Positions 49,832 through 60,024 of a DNA stretch of 64,000 nucleotides are shown piece after piece. Both the position numbers and the translations under genes were made by a program. Each line of letters begins with the position of its first letter. The first letter of the stretch is position 1. Origin of the DNA: a virus. Taxonomy: Duplodnaviria > Heunggongvirae > Uroviricota > Caudoviricetes. The notes under the pieces are model-generated. The model was not told the origin of the DNA, ran no database searches, and saw only the letters and a list, made by a program, of their open reading frames with translations. The stretch lies in IMG/VR virus record IMGVR_UViG_3300029517_000186. One strand, given 5' to 3'.

Positions 49832-49844
49832 TATGACAGAACAA
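49832..49844 (-). promoter_or_regulatory. conserved promoter motif
   Basis: TATGACAGAACAAAA; terminator at 49849..49877. Confidence 0.55.
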
Positions 49845-49894
49845 AATAAAAAACAGGGCAATATATACCCTGTTTTAAATCATTAATTTGCATC

Positions 49895-50263
49895 CTAAAT
49901 ATTCATTTCTAAATATTTTTCTTGTTCATCATTTAATGCATCATATATTTCCGTAGAAGGAATTACTTCACAATTCATTAAACTGTTATGATATGATTTT
50001 TCAGAAACATCATGACGTAAATGATCAATAGGAACTCTTAGATTCCACATTTTTATTGCTTCATCTTTAGTCTTACCCATTCCACCGCTGGCTCCACAGC
50101 CTCCTTTTGCGTAATCGCAAGTAATCTTAAAGCCATTAGTTTTAATAGGGATAATACTCATTGAGTCCCACTTTCTACAAAATGGACATCTTTTGAGTCC
50201 TACCTTTATTGTCTTATTTGTCTTATTTATTGCATTTGTTGACACTGTTGCTGTTGTTACCAT
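49895..50263 (-). CDS. Lar-family restriction-alleviation-like zinc-ribbon protein
   Basis: CPFC ... C..GGCG zinc ribbon and C-terminal KDEAIKMWNLR resemble the Lar family signature. Confidence 0.5.
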   Translation of the reverse strand: MVTTATVSTNAINKTNKTIKVGLKRCPFCRKWDSMSIIPIKTNGFKITCDYAKGGCGASGGMGKTKDEAIKMWNLRVPIDHLRHDVSEKSYHNSLMNCEVIPSTEIYDALNDEQEKYLEMNI

Positions 50264-50293
50264 TATTGTATTCTCCTTTTTTCTAGTTGTTTT

Positions 50294-50806
50294 TTAAATT
50301 GATGAATTCGAAGAAGTAATTGTATGTTCGATATTTTCAATTCTTATATTATCATCAAATAATTTTTCTATTGGTGATTTGTCCTTATCGGAAATCAAAT
50401 TATATTTATTAGCAATTCTTGGCATCATTCTATGTAAATCTTCAAGTTTAAAACTTCCGTAAAAACTCAGAAAATTCTCACGATTCATACTATAATTGCT
50501 ATCAGATTGCTTATAAAATTGATTTATTTCTCTTCTTAAAGCTTCTTGTATTATACTCGGAAGCTCTGATACACATGTATGTCGATCTACTATACCTGCA
50601 TCATACCAGTTATACTTTTCTAAATCAGCCTTAGAAATAATAGTTTTGGATAATAAAAATCCAAATGCAGTTATTTTTTCTAACTTTTCAGATTCATGCT
50701 TTTTTATAATGATATCTTTAGCTTCATTAAAATTTTGAAAAGCTATTGGCTCAATTGAATCCGGAATTTCCTCTATTGTATCTTTTAAAGCATAATATTT
50801 ATACAT
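50294..50806 (-). CDS. hypothetical protein
   Basis: 170 aa; AAGGAGG RBS. Confidence 0.55.
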   Translation of the reverse strand: MYKYYALKDTIEEIPDSIEPIAFQNFNEAKDIIIKKHESEKLEKITAFGFLLSKTIISKADLEKYNWYDAGIVDRHTCVSELPSIIQEALRREINQFYKQSDSNYSMNRENFLSFYGSFKLEDLHRMMPRIANKYNLISDKDKSPIEKLFDDNIRIENIEHTITSSNSSI

Positions 50807-50818
50807 AAATTTACCTCC

Positions 50819-51034
50819 TTAAGATGCCAGTACAGTTGCATCAATAATATCGATTACTTTTCTCAATCCATCATTATATGTTTTGCTTCCGCAAATAATA
50901 TTAATAATAGAATCCTGAGTTCTGTTATCATTTAATACACAAAAATCATCTGCTATTACCATTAATTGTTGTGCATCTGCAATTGGCATTAATATTTTTC
51001 TGTCACCTATCATTTTTTGATATCTCTTCTTCAT
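50819..51034 (-). CDS. hypothetical protein
   Basis: 71 aa; AAAGGAGAAAA RBS. Confidence 0.5.
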   Translation of the reverse strand: MKKRYQKMIGDRKILMPIADAQQLMVIADDFCVLNDNRTQDSIINIICGSKTYNDGLRKVIDIIDATVLAS

Positions 51035-51069
51035 TTTTTCTCCTTTGGCTTTGTTATTATATATATTGA

Positions 51070-51082
51070 ATGACAGAAATAT
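51070..51082 (-). promoter_or_regulatory. conserved promoter motif (variant ATGACAGAAATA)
   Basis: Upstream of operon 51034..49895. Confidence 0.45.
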
Positions 51083-51147
51083 AAAATAAGATGAAAATTA
51101 TGATACTGTTTCTTAAATTAAAATCTTAAATGCTGTGATTTTTTAAA

Positions 51148-51762
51148 TTAGTGTTTAGAAAACCATTCTATCCATTTACTTGTGTCTTGTAATTCTATGA
51201 ATTCACTAGAATATTTTACGCAATCATAGTGCCCTATTGTGATTAGCGCATAAATAATAAAATTATTTTCATCGTTACTAATTTTGCAATTATAAGATAT
51301 ATTTCTTTTATTCTTTTCTAAGCAAAAGAATTTATTGTATATTTCTGTTTCATGATTAATTGACTGTAATACAACAACAATAATTTTATTATTTTTTTTG
51401 ATACACATAAGGTTTTTATTAAATAATTTTGATTCATATAATGAATAGATATTTTTTCCATCTCTAATTGTTCTATAGAAATATTTTTTTCGTTCATAAT
51501 AACTTTCTCCCTGATCAATAATATAAAGATCACTTGATTGAAAATTAAAAACGAATAATCTGTTTTTATCTGAAAATAAATTATAATAATTATTGTTATA
51601 TGCAAGTGTTCCACTTAAATCAATTTTGTTATTTTCAGAAAGTCTTGAATTTTGTATTATATGCTTTTTGTTTTCTTGTATGATATCTGGGAATTTTAAT
51701 TCATATGAATACAGCCCATTTTCTTTTTTGGTATTTTCAATACATGGTATATTAATAAACAT
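51148..51762 (-). CDS. hypothetical protein
   Basis: 204 aa; promoter at 51807. Confidence 0.5.
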   Translation of the reverse strand: MFINIPCIENTKKENGLYSYELKFPDIIQENKKHIIQNSRLSENNKIDLSGTLAYNNNYYNLFSDKNRLFVFNFQSSDLYIIDQGESYYERKKYFYRTIRDGKNIYSLYESKLFNKNLMCIKKNNKIIVVVLQSINHETEIYNKFFCLEKNKRNISYNCKISNDENNFIIYALITIGHYDCVKYSSEFIELQDTSKWIEWFSKH

Positions 51763-51806
51763 AATATCTATTTAACTCCTTAAATTAAAATCTTAATTAA
51801 TAAATA

Positions 51807-51819
51807 TATGACAGTTTAA
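51807..51819 (-). promoter_or_regulatory. conserved promoter motif
   Basis: TATGACAGTTTAA; terminator at 51846..51876. Confidence 0.5.
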
Positions 51820-51877
51820 AAAAATATTTTTCGAAAAACAATATAAAAAACAGCCATCAAATGATGACTGCTTTTGC

Positions 51878-52525
51878 TTAAGATTTTTTATTTTTAGCTT
51901 TTTTAATTATGCTCCAATCCTCTTCTGTGAAATATGGGTACATATCATAGACTGCAAATTCTCCATCTTTTTTAGAAATTGTATATTCTAAAACAATATG
52001 AAGTCCATGACAGTCAAAAGGAATATCATAATTTGTACCTTTTACAATTCCTTTTCCTATAACCGTATTAGATACTATATCTATAACTAAACGATTATGT
52101 CTTTTGTCGTTGTAATAAATATCTCTATCCTCACACCAGTTCTGAATTTTAGAAATAATAGAAGTATTATTTGAAGCAATTAAAACTCTCTCTAATGCTT
52201 CAGATGCACTTTCTAATGAATCAAACCATGTAGGATGAAAGGTACCATTCTTAGCGCCTTTAATTCCTTTCTTTTCTTTTGTAGCTTCAGAAATTTTATT
52301 TATAGCCCATGAAATTTCTGGAGCTATATGTTGTAGCACATGAGGAGTATGTTCCTCAACATAATCATTTGCTCCTGATCTGGTTTCAACCAAATCATTA
52401 GCTTCGAAATTGAAAAGATATTCTTCTGCATCATAAAATTTTTCGATATATGATGCTACATTAAAAAAATCCTTTTTATATGTGCCAGCCTTTTTGTCTG
52501 ACATAATTTCATTTAATTCTGCCAT
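51878..52525 (-). CDS. hypothetical protein
   Basis: AAAGGAA RBS and ATG at 52525 (MAELNEIMSDKK...); the TTG-started track extension is rejected. Confidence 0.55.
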   Translation of the reverse strand: MAELNEIMSDKKAGTYKKDFFNVASYIEKFYDAEEYLFNFEANDLVETRSGANDYVEEHTPHVLQHIAPEISWAINKISEATKEKKGIKGAKNGTFHPTWFDSLESASEALERVLIASNNTSIISKIQNWCEDRDIYYNDKRHNRLVIDIVSNTVIGKGIVKGTNYDIPFDCHGLHIVLEYTISKKDGEFAVYDMYPYFTEEDWSIIKKAKNKKS

Positions 52526-52633
52526 AGTGCAGCGTTCCTTTCTTCGCAATGTGCGAACAAAAAAAGCTACCCTAAAAAGTCTATAAAGACATTTTAAGGT
52601 AGCTAAACAAATAGTTCTAATTTTCAAAATTAT

Positions 52634-52921
52634 TTAATCTGGATTATATGGATATTCTATAAAGAATTCATATTCCGGATTGTCGCTCATTAAGCGGGCA
52701 ATATTTTCTGCTTTGGATACATAATATGTATGTCTGTTATCCAACCCATCCTTTTCATTAAGCATTTCGCACTTAGCTCGTGTAACAATCTTATGAAACT
52801 GATTACCAGATAAATCTACAATTATTTCGTTATCTCTATAGAAATAATCAATATTCTTTCTTTCAAGAATTTTGTTGATATAAGGAATTAATTCTTCCTT
52901 TGCTTTCTTAAAATGTCTCAT
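52634..52921 (-). CDS. hypothetical protein
   Basis: AAGGGAG RBS and ATG at 52921 (MRHFKKAKEEL...); the track extension contains the promoter and overlaps the PBP gene, so it is rejected. Confidence 0.5.
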   Translation of the reverse strand: MRHFKKAKEELIPYINKILERKNIDYFYRDNEIIVDLSGNQFHKIVTRAKCEMLNEKDGLDNRHTYYVSKAENIARLMSDNPEYEFFIEYPYNPD

Positions 52922-52965
52922 ATATAAGACTCCCTTCTTGGAGTTATTCTCCATTAAATTTATTG

Positions 52966-52978
52966 ATAAAAAATATAT
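52966..52978 (-). promoter_or_regulatory. conserved promoter motif
   Basis: TATGACAGAAAAAAC. Confidence 0.55.
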
Positions 52979-53006
52979 GACAGAAAAAACAGTATATGTT
53001 AAAGAT

Positions 53007-55340
53007 TTATCCAAACTGTTGTCTTTTTATTAAAATATTATTATATATTTCATCCCAGTATTTATTTATAGCATCAATTTCTTGTTGATCAGTTAATGCA
53101 TTCTTATCGATAATAACATCATCAAGACTTTTTATAACAGTATTAGCAGTTTTATAATCTGAAATATTAGTATTCTCAGCTTCTTTTAAAGCATCATATG
53201 CTTTTTTGTAACAAAAACTGGCATTTTCATAATTAGGAAAATCGATTTGAAAAAAATCTTTTTTACCAGAATTATAATTACATTTTTTCCCTTCCCAGTC
53301 AATATAATGCTCATAAATAGTTTCAGGTTTCTCAAATTCCTTGTTATCTAAATTCTGGTGCAAATATTCATTAAACTGCTTCCATATTTCTCCACATATT
53401 GCTGAACCATTATCAAAATTTTTAGGAATATCATATCCGGTCCATACACATGTTGTATAATATGGTGTATAAGCACATAACCAGGAATCCTTATTATCAT
53501 TTGTAGTTCCTGTTTTTCCTGCACAAATCTGATTATCTATTTGATAATTTTTGACGTATCCTTCTGTAAAATTTGAAATTAAACAATCTGTCATCATATA
53601 AGCGGTGCCTTTTTTATATACTTGAATATCTTCTTTATTTTGATATATTTCTTCATTTTGACGCAACATATGTTTGATGCATGTATTATTATTGTATTTA
53701 CCATTATTAGCTAATGCATTGTATGCTTTAGTCATGTTTTCTACTGTTACACCATTTGTAAAACCACCTATGGCAATTGCAGCATTATTATTATCTTCAT
53801 ATGAAATATTATAAAAGTGCATTTTATTTAAATACTCTAAACAATTATTTATTCCAACATTCATTAATGTTTTAACAGCCGTTGTATTGACTGATTGTAA
53901 TAAAGCTGTTCTTACTGAAATATTGCCTCTGTAATATCCATCATGATTTTTAGGCTGATATTTACCCTCAAGTGGAGAATCCAAAATCATAGATGATGGA
54001 TGATAGTCTAAAATATCAAAAGCCGGAGCATAATCTAATATTGGTTTAATGGAAGAGCCTGGTTGTCTAGGAGATTGATATGCTCTATTTATATATTCAT
54101 TATCTTCTTGTCCACCTATAATTGCTCTAACATATCCAGTTTCATTATCAATACACATGGATGATGTTTGAAGAAGATGCCGCCCATCCTCGGATAAGCT
54201 GTTATCATATTGTGATAAAACATTTTTTGAAATTTGTAATAGCTCAAGCTGCTTATCTTTATCTATTGAAGTATATATCCTGTATCCTCCAGTTAATATT
54301 TCTTCTTTGTACTTAGAGTATATTTTATTATATTGATTAATATAATCTTGCTCATCTTCTGAAGAATCAAAAAGGTATTTAAAATTAAATCCATTTATTT
54401 CCATAAGATATTCAATAGAACATTTAAGTGTATATGAAAATTCATAAGATGTTGGTAAATCAGATGTTTCTTTATATAAAATTAAATCAAGAGGATCTTC
54501 TAATGCTTCATTGTATTGTTTTTCTGTAATTATTTTCTGATTATACATTGTATTAAGGACTTGATTTCTTTTACATATTGCTAATTCATAATTTGTTTCA
54601 GGATTATATTTTGTAGGGGCATTTGAAATACCTATTAACATTGCGGCCTGAGATATTGTTACATCAGATGCATCACATCCAAAATAATATTTACAAGCTG
54701 CCTGAATTCCGTAACAATTGCTGCCATAGAAATTAGAGTTTAAATACATTTCAAGTATTTGTTCTTTAGAATATGATTTTTCCATTTCAAGTGATGCTAT
54801 CATTTCAGTAAGTTTTCTATCTATTGTTTTGTCTGAATTTTTTATAACAATATTTTTTACAACCTGTTGTGTAATTGTACTGCCGCCCTGAGTTATTTTT
54901 CCTTTATTCTTTATATAAGCCAAAGAAGCTCGTAACAATGCTTTAGCATCAATACCTTTATGAATATAGAAATTCTTATCTTCCACAGCAATATATCCTT
55001 GTATTATATAATCACTGACATCGCTGATATTAACATATTCATAAGAGCCGTTAATATTAGCTGCCATTAATGTGCCATCATCATAATAAAAATATGTATT
55101 CAGTTCTTTATTAAATTCATCTTGATTCATATTTTGTAATGACTCATATGCATTTTCCTGTGCCAATTTGAATTTACTGTAAAATTTAATATAAAATACT
55201 GATAATGATATTAAAGATAATAATATGACTATCATAATAATCAATATAAAAATTTTAAATATGGTTAAAAGATGATTTTTCCTTTTTTTTAGTGGAATAT
55301 TTTTATCATCATTATAAAGTGGTTGCTTTTTAGAACTCAT
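53007..55340 (-). CDS. class A penicillin-binding protein (GT51 transglycosylase plus transpeptidase)
   Basis: N-terminal TM; GT51 motifs [12 protein letters not shown] and GGSTITQQ; transpeptidase SxxK (GSSIKP) and KTG (GKTGTTND); AAAGGAGAA RBS. Confidence 0.85.
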   Translation of the reverse strand: MSSKKQPLYNDDKNIPLKKRKNHLLTIFKIFILIIMIVILLSLISLSVFYIKFYSKFKLAQENAYESLQNMNQDEFNKELNTYFYYDDGTLMAANINGSYEYVNISDVSDYIIQGYIAVEDKNFYIHKGIDAKALLRASLAYIKNKGKITQGGSTITQQVVKNIVIKNSDKTIDRKLTEMIASLEMEKSYSKEQILEMYLNSNFYGSNCYGIQAACKYYFGCDASDVTISQAAMLIGISNAPTKYNPETNYELAICKRNQVLNTMYNQKIITEKQYNEALEDPLDLILYKETSDLPTSYEFSYTLKCSIEYLMEINGFNFKYLFDSSEDEQDYINQYNKIYSKYKEEILTGGYRIYTSIDKDKQLELLQISKNVLSQYDNSLSEDGRHLLQTSSMCIDNETGYVRAIIGGQEDNEYINRAYQSPRQPGSSIKPILDYAPAFDILDYHPSSMILDSPLEGKYQPKNHDGYYRGNISVRTALLQSVNTTAVKTLMNVGINNCLEYLNKMHFYNISYEDNNNAAIAIGGFTNGVTVENMTKAYNALANNGKYNNNTCIKHMLRQNEEIYQNKEDIQVYKKGTAYMMTDCLISNFTEGYVKNYQIDNQICAGKTGTTNDNKDSWLCAYTPYYTTCVWTGYDIPKNFDNGSAICGEIWKQFNEYLHQNLDNKEFEKPETIYEHYIDWEGKKCNYNSGKKDFFQIDFPNYENASFCYKKAYDALKEAENTNISDYKTANTVIKSLDDVIIDKNALTDQQEIDAINKYWDEIYNNILIKRQQFG

Positions 55341-55375
55341 AATTATTCTCCTTTATATTTATTTACACAATAAAT

Positions 55376-55388
55376 ATGACAGAGAATA
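55376..55388 (-). promoter_or_regulatory. conserved promoter motif for the PBP gene
   Basis: TATGACAGAGAAT; preceded by the terminator at 55391..55422. Confidence 0.55.
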
Positions 55389-55424
55389 ACAAAAAGCTCC
55401 CACCATTAAGGTGAGAGCTATAAT

Positions 55425-55590
55425 CAAAGTTGCTAGTAGAATTGTAAAATTCTATTAAAGTGTATCTTTACGACAAAATTACCGGCTTTAACAAAAGTGC
55501 TAGTCTTTGAGGAGGCATATATGTATGCCTAATATATACCGACAATATTTTATCACATTGTAAATTATAATACAATATTGATTTAATCAT
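55425..55590 (-). ncRNA. candidate small RNA unit (class II promoter to terminator, no ORF)
   Basis: Promoter at 55593..55626 and terminator at 55391..55422 bracket about 170 nt with no ORF over 20 aa; contains the palindrome AGGCATATATGTATGCCT and a CCUCCUC stretch. Confidence 0.25.
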
Positions 55591-55592
55591 TA

Positions 55593-55605
55593 TATGACAG
55601 ATTTT
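55593..55605 (-). promoter_or_regulatory. class II promoter with no downstream protein gene
   Basis: TATGACAGATTTT plus TTTTTACATAA 17 nt away. Confidence 0.45.
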
Positions 55606-55618
55606 TGACTGCAAATTT

Positions 55619-56752
55619 TTACATAATTTTATTTTTGCCTGTTCTTTTAGCTTTATACAAATTTTTATCTGCTGCATCAAATAAATCGTGAACGGTATTA
55701 TTTTTCTTATATTCTGTTATTCCTCCAGAGAAAGTAAATTGCTGCGGAATATTCTCATATTTAATATTGTTGAATTTAATTCTGATATCGTTAATTATAT
55801 TATACGCCTCAGTATATTCATAATCTGCAAATAATATTCCGAATTCTTCGCCTCCATATCTGGCGACAAAAATATTTGATTGGTTAATATTTTGAAGTTC
55901 CTTAGCTAAATTAATTAAAACAGTATTTCCAAATTCATGTCCATATGTATCGTTAACTGATTTAAAATCATCTATATCTATTATACAAAAATGAAGTTTT
56001 TTCTTATATGATATCCATTTCTTTGTTGTATTAAAAAGAGACCTATAATTATCTAATCGAGTTAATCCATCTTGTGAAATTTCTTTTAGTAATTGTGCAT
56101 TTCTATTTTCAGATAAAACCAGTTTAAGTTCTTTTTCTTTCTCATATTTAATAACAAGTCTTGAATAAATATATGCAAATATTGTTATGATACATGATAA
56201 AAACATATATATTAAATAATTTGATGGTAACTTATTTAATTCAGAGATTGATGATAATGAAATTGTAATAATTTCAAATTGACTTATCAAAAATAATTGC
56301 CAATTAACCTTGTTACTACCATATACAATACACATAAAAATTGGGCAGGCTATTAATGTATATAATACCGGATAATTATAATGAATGATAATTGAAACCA
56401 CTATAATTAAAGTTAAAATATACAAAGGCATGGCTTCATATATTTCTGGTATAATATTATCTTGATATTTTCTTATAATTTGTCTACCGGTAAACCATAT
56501 TATTAAATTAGATGTAGTAGGTATAAATACATTCAATATAATATAAGATAATATATTTATTGTTTGTTTTTCTATTATTATGTGTATTGGTATAAATAAT
56601 AATTCAAAAATAAATATTGTGATTATTATAAGAAGGTTAATAGCCATTATTTTATTTTGAAATTTATTATACAAATATGCGTATAAACTGGTTTGTTTTT
56701 CTGTATGATTTATTGTATTATCTTGTATTTTAATTTTTTCTATTGTTTTCAT
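55619..56752 (-). CDS. GGDEF-domain diguanylate cyclase with an N-terminal polytopic membrane domain
   Basis: Active-site RYGGEEF; about seven TM helices at the N-terminus. Confidence 0.85.
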   Translation of the reverse strand: MKTIEKIKIQDNTINHTEKQTSLYAYLYNKFQNKIMAINLLIIITIFIFELLFIPIHIIIEKQTINILSYIILNVFIPTTSNLIIWFTGRQIIRKYQDNIIPEIYEAMPLYILTLIIVVSIIIHYNYPVLYTLIACPIFMCIVYGSNKVNWQLFLISQFEIITISLSSISELNKLPSNYLIYMFLSCIITIFAYIYSRLVIKYEKEKELKLVLSENRNAQLLKEISQDGLTRLDNYRSLFNTTKKWISYKKKLHFCIIDIDDFKSVNDTYGHEFGNTVLINLAKELQNINQSNIFVARYGGEEFGILFADYEYTEAYNIINDIRIKFNNIKYENIPQQFTFSGGITEYKKNNTVHDLFDAADKNLYKAKRTGKNKIM

Positions 56753-56894
56753 AATAATATTTATTAATCACTGAATTCCTTATCTGAAGATAAGGGAAGA
56801 AGTAATTCTCCTTTCTGCCATATTGCATCTTTTTGTTTCTAATATATGAGTATTTTACAAAGTTATTATCATTTTTATTAATTAAAATCTAACA

Positions 56895-58109
56895 TTACTC
56901 TGTTGCATCATAAAATTCTTTCTCTGGATACAATTCGTTCAAATTTTCTGCTAAATCAATTTCTTCAAGTAAAGCATTATAGTTCATTTTGATTTTCTCA
57001 GATTTAATTAAACTTAACATAGCATCTGCAATTACCGGATCAAATTGAGTACTTTTACCTTTTTCAAGCTCATTGATTACAATTATTGAATCTAAATGTT
57101 TCCTATATACTCTGTCACTTGTCATTGCATCAAAGGCATCTGCCACAGAAATAATCCTTGCAATATAAGGTATTTGTTCTCCCTTTAAGCCATCTGGATA
57201 TCCTTTTCCATCATATCTTTCATGATGATATTTTGCTCCCAAATCAATGTCCTTAAGCATTGACATATCTTTTAAGATATTTCCACCTATTACTGTGTGG
57301 TTCTTCATTACTTGGTACTCTTCATTTGTTAATTTCCCTGGTTTATTTAATATGCTATCCGGGATTCCTAGTTTTCCTATATCATGCAATAGTGCTATTG
57401 AATGAATATCTTCAATTTCATTTTTATTCATTCCTAATTTATATGCTAATAAGGCTGTATAATCCGCCACTCTGGTTGAGTGGCCTTTTGTGTAATTATC
57501 TCTGGCATCAATAATATTTGCTATAGTTGTAATTGTTTGGAGAGACATTTTGTTAATTTGTTCTATTTGATTTATTATTGTTTGTGTATTTTGTAAATTT
57601 AGGTCTGTATTTCTTTTATAAAACTTTGAAACAATATATGCTGCAGCAAAGCATAAAATAATTATTGCAAGTTGTATCTCCATGTCTTTGCCACCTGATT
57701 TATCAATTTTATTATATGTCTTAATAAATATTGCTGTAATATTCAACACTGTCGAAAATAAACCAGTTACTATAATTAAAGTTGGATCATAATATAAAAT
57801 TAAAAGCAGGATAATTGGGAATATATAAGTAAAACATAAAACAGTATTTCCTGTAAATAAGGTAAATGTATACATTATTAAAAACGAGAATGTTACAAAA
57901 TATTTTAAAAATAGCCAGTTTTTATTATAAATAAAAACCAACCACCCTGTTAAATTCGGGATACTGATTAATATAGCAAATATTGCAAAATATGGTGGTG
58001 ATATAGCATGTTTTAACATTTCACCAAAATAAATGCCTAATAGTGTTATTGTTATTACTGACCAACCACATAAAAGTGATGTATTTAATCTTTCTTGTTC
58101 TCTATCCAT
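56895..58109 (-). CDS. HD-GYP-domain c-di-GMP phosphodiesterase with an N-terminal membrane domain
   Basis: HD motif LLHDIGK; HHERYDGKGYPDGL; AAGGAGGA RBS. Confidence 0.85.
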   Translation of the reverse strand: MDREQERLNTSLLCGWSVITITLLGIYFGEMLKHAISPPYFAIFAILISIPNLTGWLVFIYNKNWLFLKYFVTFSFLIMYTFTLFTGNTVLCFTYIFPIILLLILYYDPTLIIVTGLFSTVLNITAIFIKTYNKIDKSGGKDMEIQLAIIILCFAAAYIVSKFYKRNTDLNLQNTQTIINQIEQINKMSLQTITTIANIIDARDNYTKGHSTRVADYTALLAYKLGMNKNEIEDIHSIALLHDIGKLGIPDSILNKPGKLTNEEYQVMKNHTVIGGNILKDMSMLKDIDLGAKYHHERYDGKGYPDGLKGEQIPYIARIISVADAFDAMTSDRVYRKHLDSIIVINELEKGKSTQFDPVIADAMLSLIKSEKIKMNYNALLEEIDLAENLNELYPEKEFYDATE

Positions 58110-58149
58110 AGGTCCTCCTTATAGTCAAAAAAAGTTATATTAATATATA

Positions 58150-58162
58150 TATGACAGATAAT
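58150..58162 (-). promoter_or_regulatory. conserved promoter motif for the HD-GYP/GGDEF operon
   Basis: TATGACAGATAAT. Confidence 0.5.
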
Positions 58163-58268
58163 ATTAAAAAAAGAGTTCAACGTGACTAAGTAAGATCATG
58201 CTTACCGTTACCGCTGAACCCTTTTTATAAAAAATATAATTAGCTCCTTTATTTTTAGCTAATAATAA

Positions 58269-58281
58269 TATGACAGAATTA
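58269..58281 (-). promoter_or_regulatory. promoter motif heading a roughly 90-nt unit with no ORF
   Basis: TATGACAGAATTA; downstream AAAGGAGC then a 10-bp stem (with G-U pairs), 29-nt structured loop and U-run at about 58170..58225. Confidence 0.4.
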
Positions 58282-58287
58282 AAATAA

Positions 58288-58320
58288 ATAAAGCGTAGAA
58301 TAATTAATTCTACGCTTTAT
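58288..58320. terminator. intrinsic terminator after the PARP operon
   Basis: AGCGTAGA ... TCTACGCT hairpin. Confidence 0.6.
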
Positions 58321-58327
58321 GCAATCA

Positions 58328-58471
58328 TTATTTATTAATTTTTTTCTGATGTAAATTATTTATAAAAGTAATTGCCTCAGGAGGCAATGGAGAAAATCTA
58401 TATACTTTTTTCATTTCTTCTTCGCAGCATATACCTGCTCTTTTTAATTCATATATATTTTTCTTTTTCAT
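58328..58471 (-). CDS. small Cys-containing protein (47 aa) downstream of PARP
   Basis: AAGGAGGAAA RBS and ATG at 58471; MKKKNIYELKRAGICCEEEMKK...; below the ORF-track cut-off. Confidence 0.45.
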   Translation of the reverse strand: MKKKNIYELKRAGICCEEEMKKVYRFSPLPPEAITFINNLHQKKINK

Positions 58472-58483
58472 AAAATTTCCTCC

Positions 58484-59770
58484 TTACTGAGCTGCTGTAA
58501 ATTCAACAAAATATTCTATAGTACTTTGCTGATCCTGATATACAATAATTTCATCATTACATAAACTATGGCCCGCATGAGCAAAAGTACAATGAGCGCC
58601 AGGACATCTCTGTTGTAAAACATTATAAGTTAAATCACTTTCAGCAGATGTTACATCATATGTTTTACCAGTAGCCACTTTGAAAATGCCTAAATATCCA
58701 ATTGCTTCACTACCATGAGTCCAATAAGAACCGGAGCTTGAAGTATATCCCATCGATTTTTTTGCCTTATTAGCAAAATATGTACCTAATCCAAACATCT
58801 TTCCATTAGTTACAACTCCAACTGGATTTATTGTTAAACCATTAGTTATAATGGACCAGAAGTTTTCTGATCTTGAACCATGAAATAAATGAGATATTCC
58901 ATTATTTTCATCACTTAAATTTTCTTTAGCACAATATTCATTGAAAGCCTTTTCGGTCTTTTTATTAATGATTCTCCAAGCATTTTTATATTGCTTTGCA
59001 TTTTCTCCCATAAGCTTCTTGATTTTAGTCTCTTCTTCGTCAGATACAGGTCTCCATTCAAGTCCATAGGCCTGAAGAACTGTTGGCATAGTGTCATATT
59101 TAGCTAAATTACTATTAGATCTTACCTGAGAATACACAATATCAAACAGTTCCTGCTCTTTGTCAATGATATCAACAAATTCAATCTTTCTTTTAGCCAA
59201 ATGTTTAGATAAATTATCCATTCTTCTAGGAATTGCAGCATATAATACTTTTAATTTATTATTAAACTCTGCAATTGACATAGAATCATGGTTCTTAGCT
59301 AATTCAGTCAAAATCGAATTACCATATTCAAGCATCTCATCTGAAATATCTTCAACTGAAGTTGAATAATTATCTGAAATAACCTTATTAGCGTATGAAA
59401 GCAGTTTTGTTATAATAGAATCAACAGAGAAAATTCCAGTCTGTGCATATGTGCCGCCATTAAAACTTAAACCTTTTTTTGTAATCTTTTTTTTCTCCAT
59501 TTTTTGAGTCTTTGTAAGCAACCAACCTCTATTTACCTTAGACAAATAAAAAGAATCCCAATTAGTCATAGGAAGTGAATATGTCCTTGGCCTGTTCCTT
59601 CCTATCCTGATTCCAATTCTACCTTCAGTAACATCAAAAACATTCTTATTATTGGCATTAACCTGCATAATAATCTGTTGATTATTACCTTTACCTGTAG
59701 CTGTTTCTGCAACATAATTAAGTTCCAAATATTCATGATTTGGTATTGTATTTATATCTGCCTGTTTCAT
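58484..59770 (-). CDS. poly(ADP-ribose) polymerase-like protein (WGR plus PARP catalytic domain)
   Basis: WGR-like EGRIGIRIGR ... WDSFYLSKVNRGW; catalytic H-G-S (LFHGSRSENFWSIITNGL), GLGTYFA, and E in CNDEIIVY. Confidence 0.8.
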   Translation of the reverse strand: MKQADINTIPNHEYLELNYVAETATGKGNNQQIIMQVNANNKNVFDVTEGRIGIRIGRNRPRTYSLPMTNWDSFYLSKVNRGWLLTKTQKMEKKKITKKGLSFNGGTYAQTGIFSVDSIITKLLSYANKVISDNYSTSVEDISDEMLEYGNSILTELAKNHDSMSIAEFNNKLKVLYAAIPRRMDNLSKHLAKRKIEFVDIIDKEQELFDIVYSQVRSNSNLAKYDTMPTVLQAYGLEWRPVSDEEETKIKKLMGENAKQYKNAWRIINKKTEKAFNEYCAKENLSDENNGISHLFHGSRSENFWSIITNGLTINPVGVVTNGKMFGLGTYFANKAKKSMGYTSSSGSYWTHGSEAIGYLGIFKVATGKTYDVTSAESDLTYNVLQQRCPGAHCTFAHAGHSLCNDEIIVYQDQQSTIEYFVEFTAAQ

Positions 59771-59786
59771 AAATCCTCCTTATATA

Positions 59787-59987
59787 TTACGCAATTTTAT
59801 CTTTAAATTTTTCGAAAGCTTCTTTTGTAAATTGTGTATACATCCCAGAATCATTTCTTACTGATACGAAATCGCCAAATGCAATACATTCATATGTATG
59901 TCCTTTTGTCCAGCATCCATAGAATGATTCATTAGTATCAGATAAAGTTTTATTTGCCTGCACATTAAAAACAATATGTTCTATCAT
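59787..59987 (-). CDS. hypothetical protein
   Basis: 66 aa; AAGGAGG RBS; promoter variant TATGTCAGAAAAA at 60025. Confidence 0.55.
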   Translation of the reverse strand: MIEHIVFNVQANKTLSDTNESFYGCWTKGHTYECIAFGDFVSVRNDSGMYTQFTKEAFEKFKDKIA

Positions 59988-60024
59988 TTTGAATACGCCT
60001 CCTTTAATTAATTGATGTAATATA

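Noticed and set aside
55468-55680. 70-aa minus ORF overlapping the 3' end of the GGDEF gene
   Set aside because: Starts inside the GGDEF coding sequence in another frame; only its last 16 codons lie in the intergenic space and they have no SD
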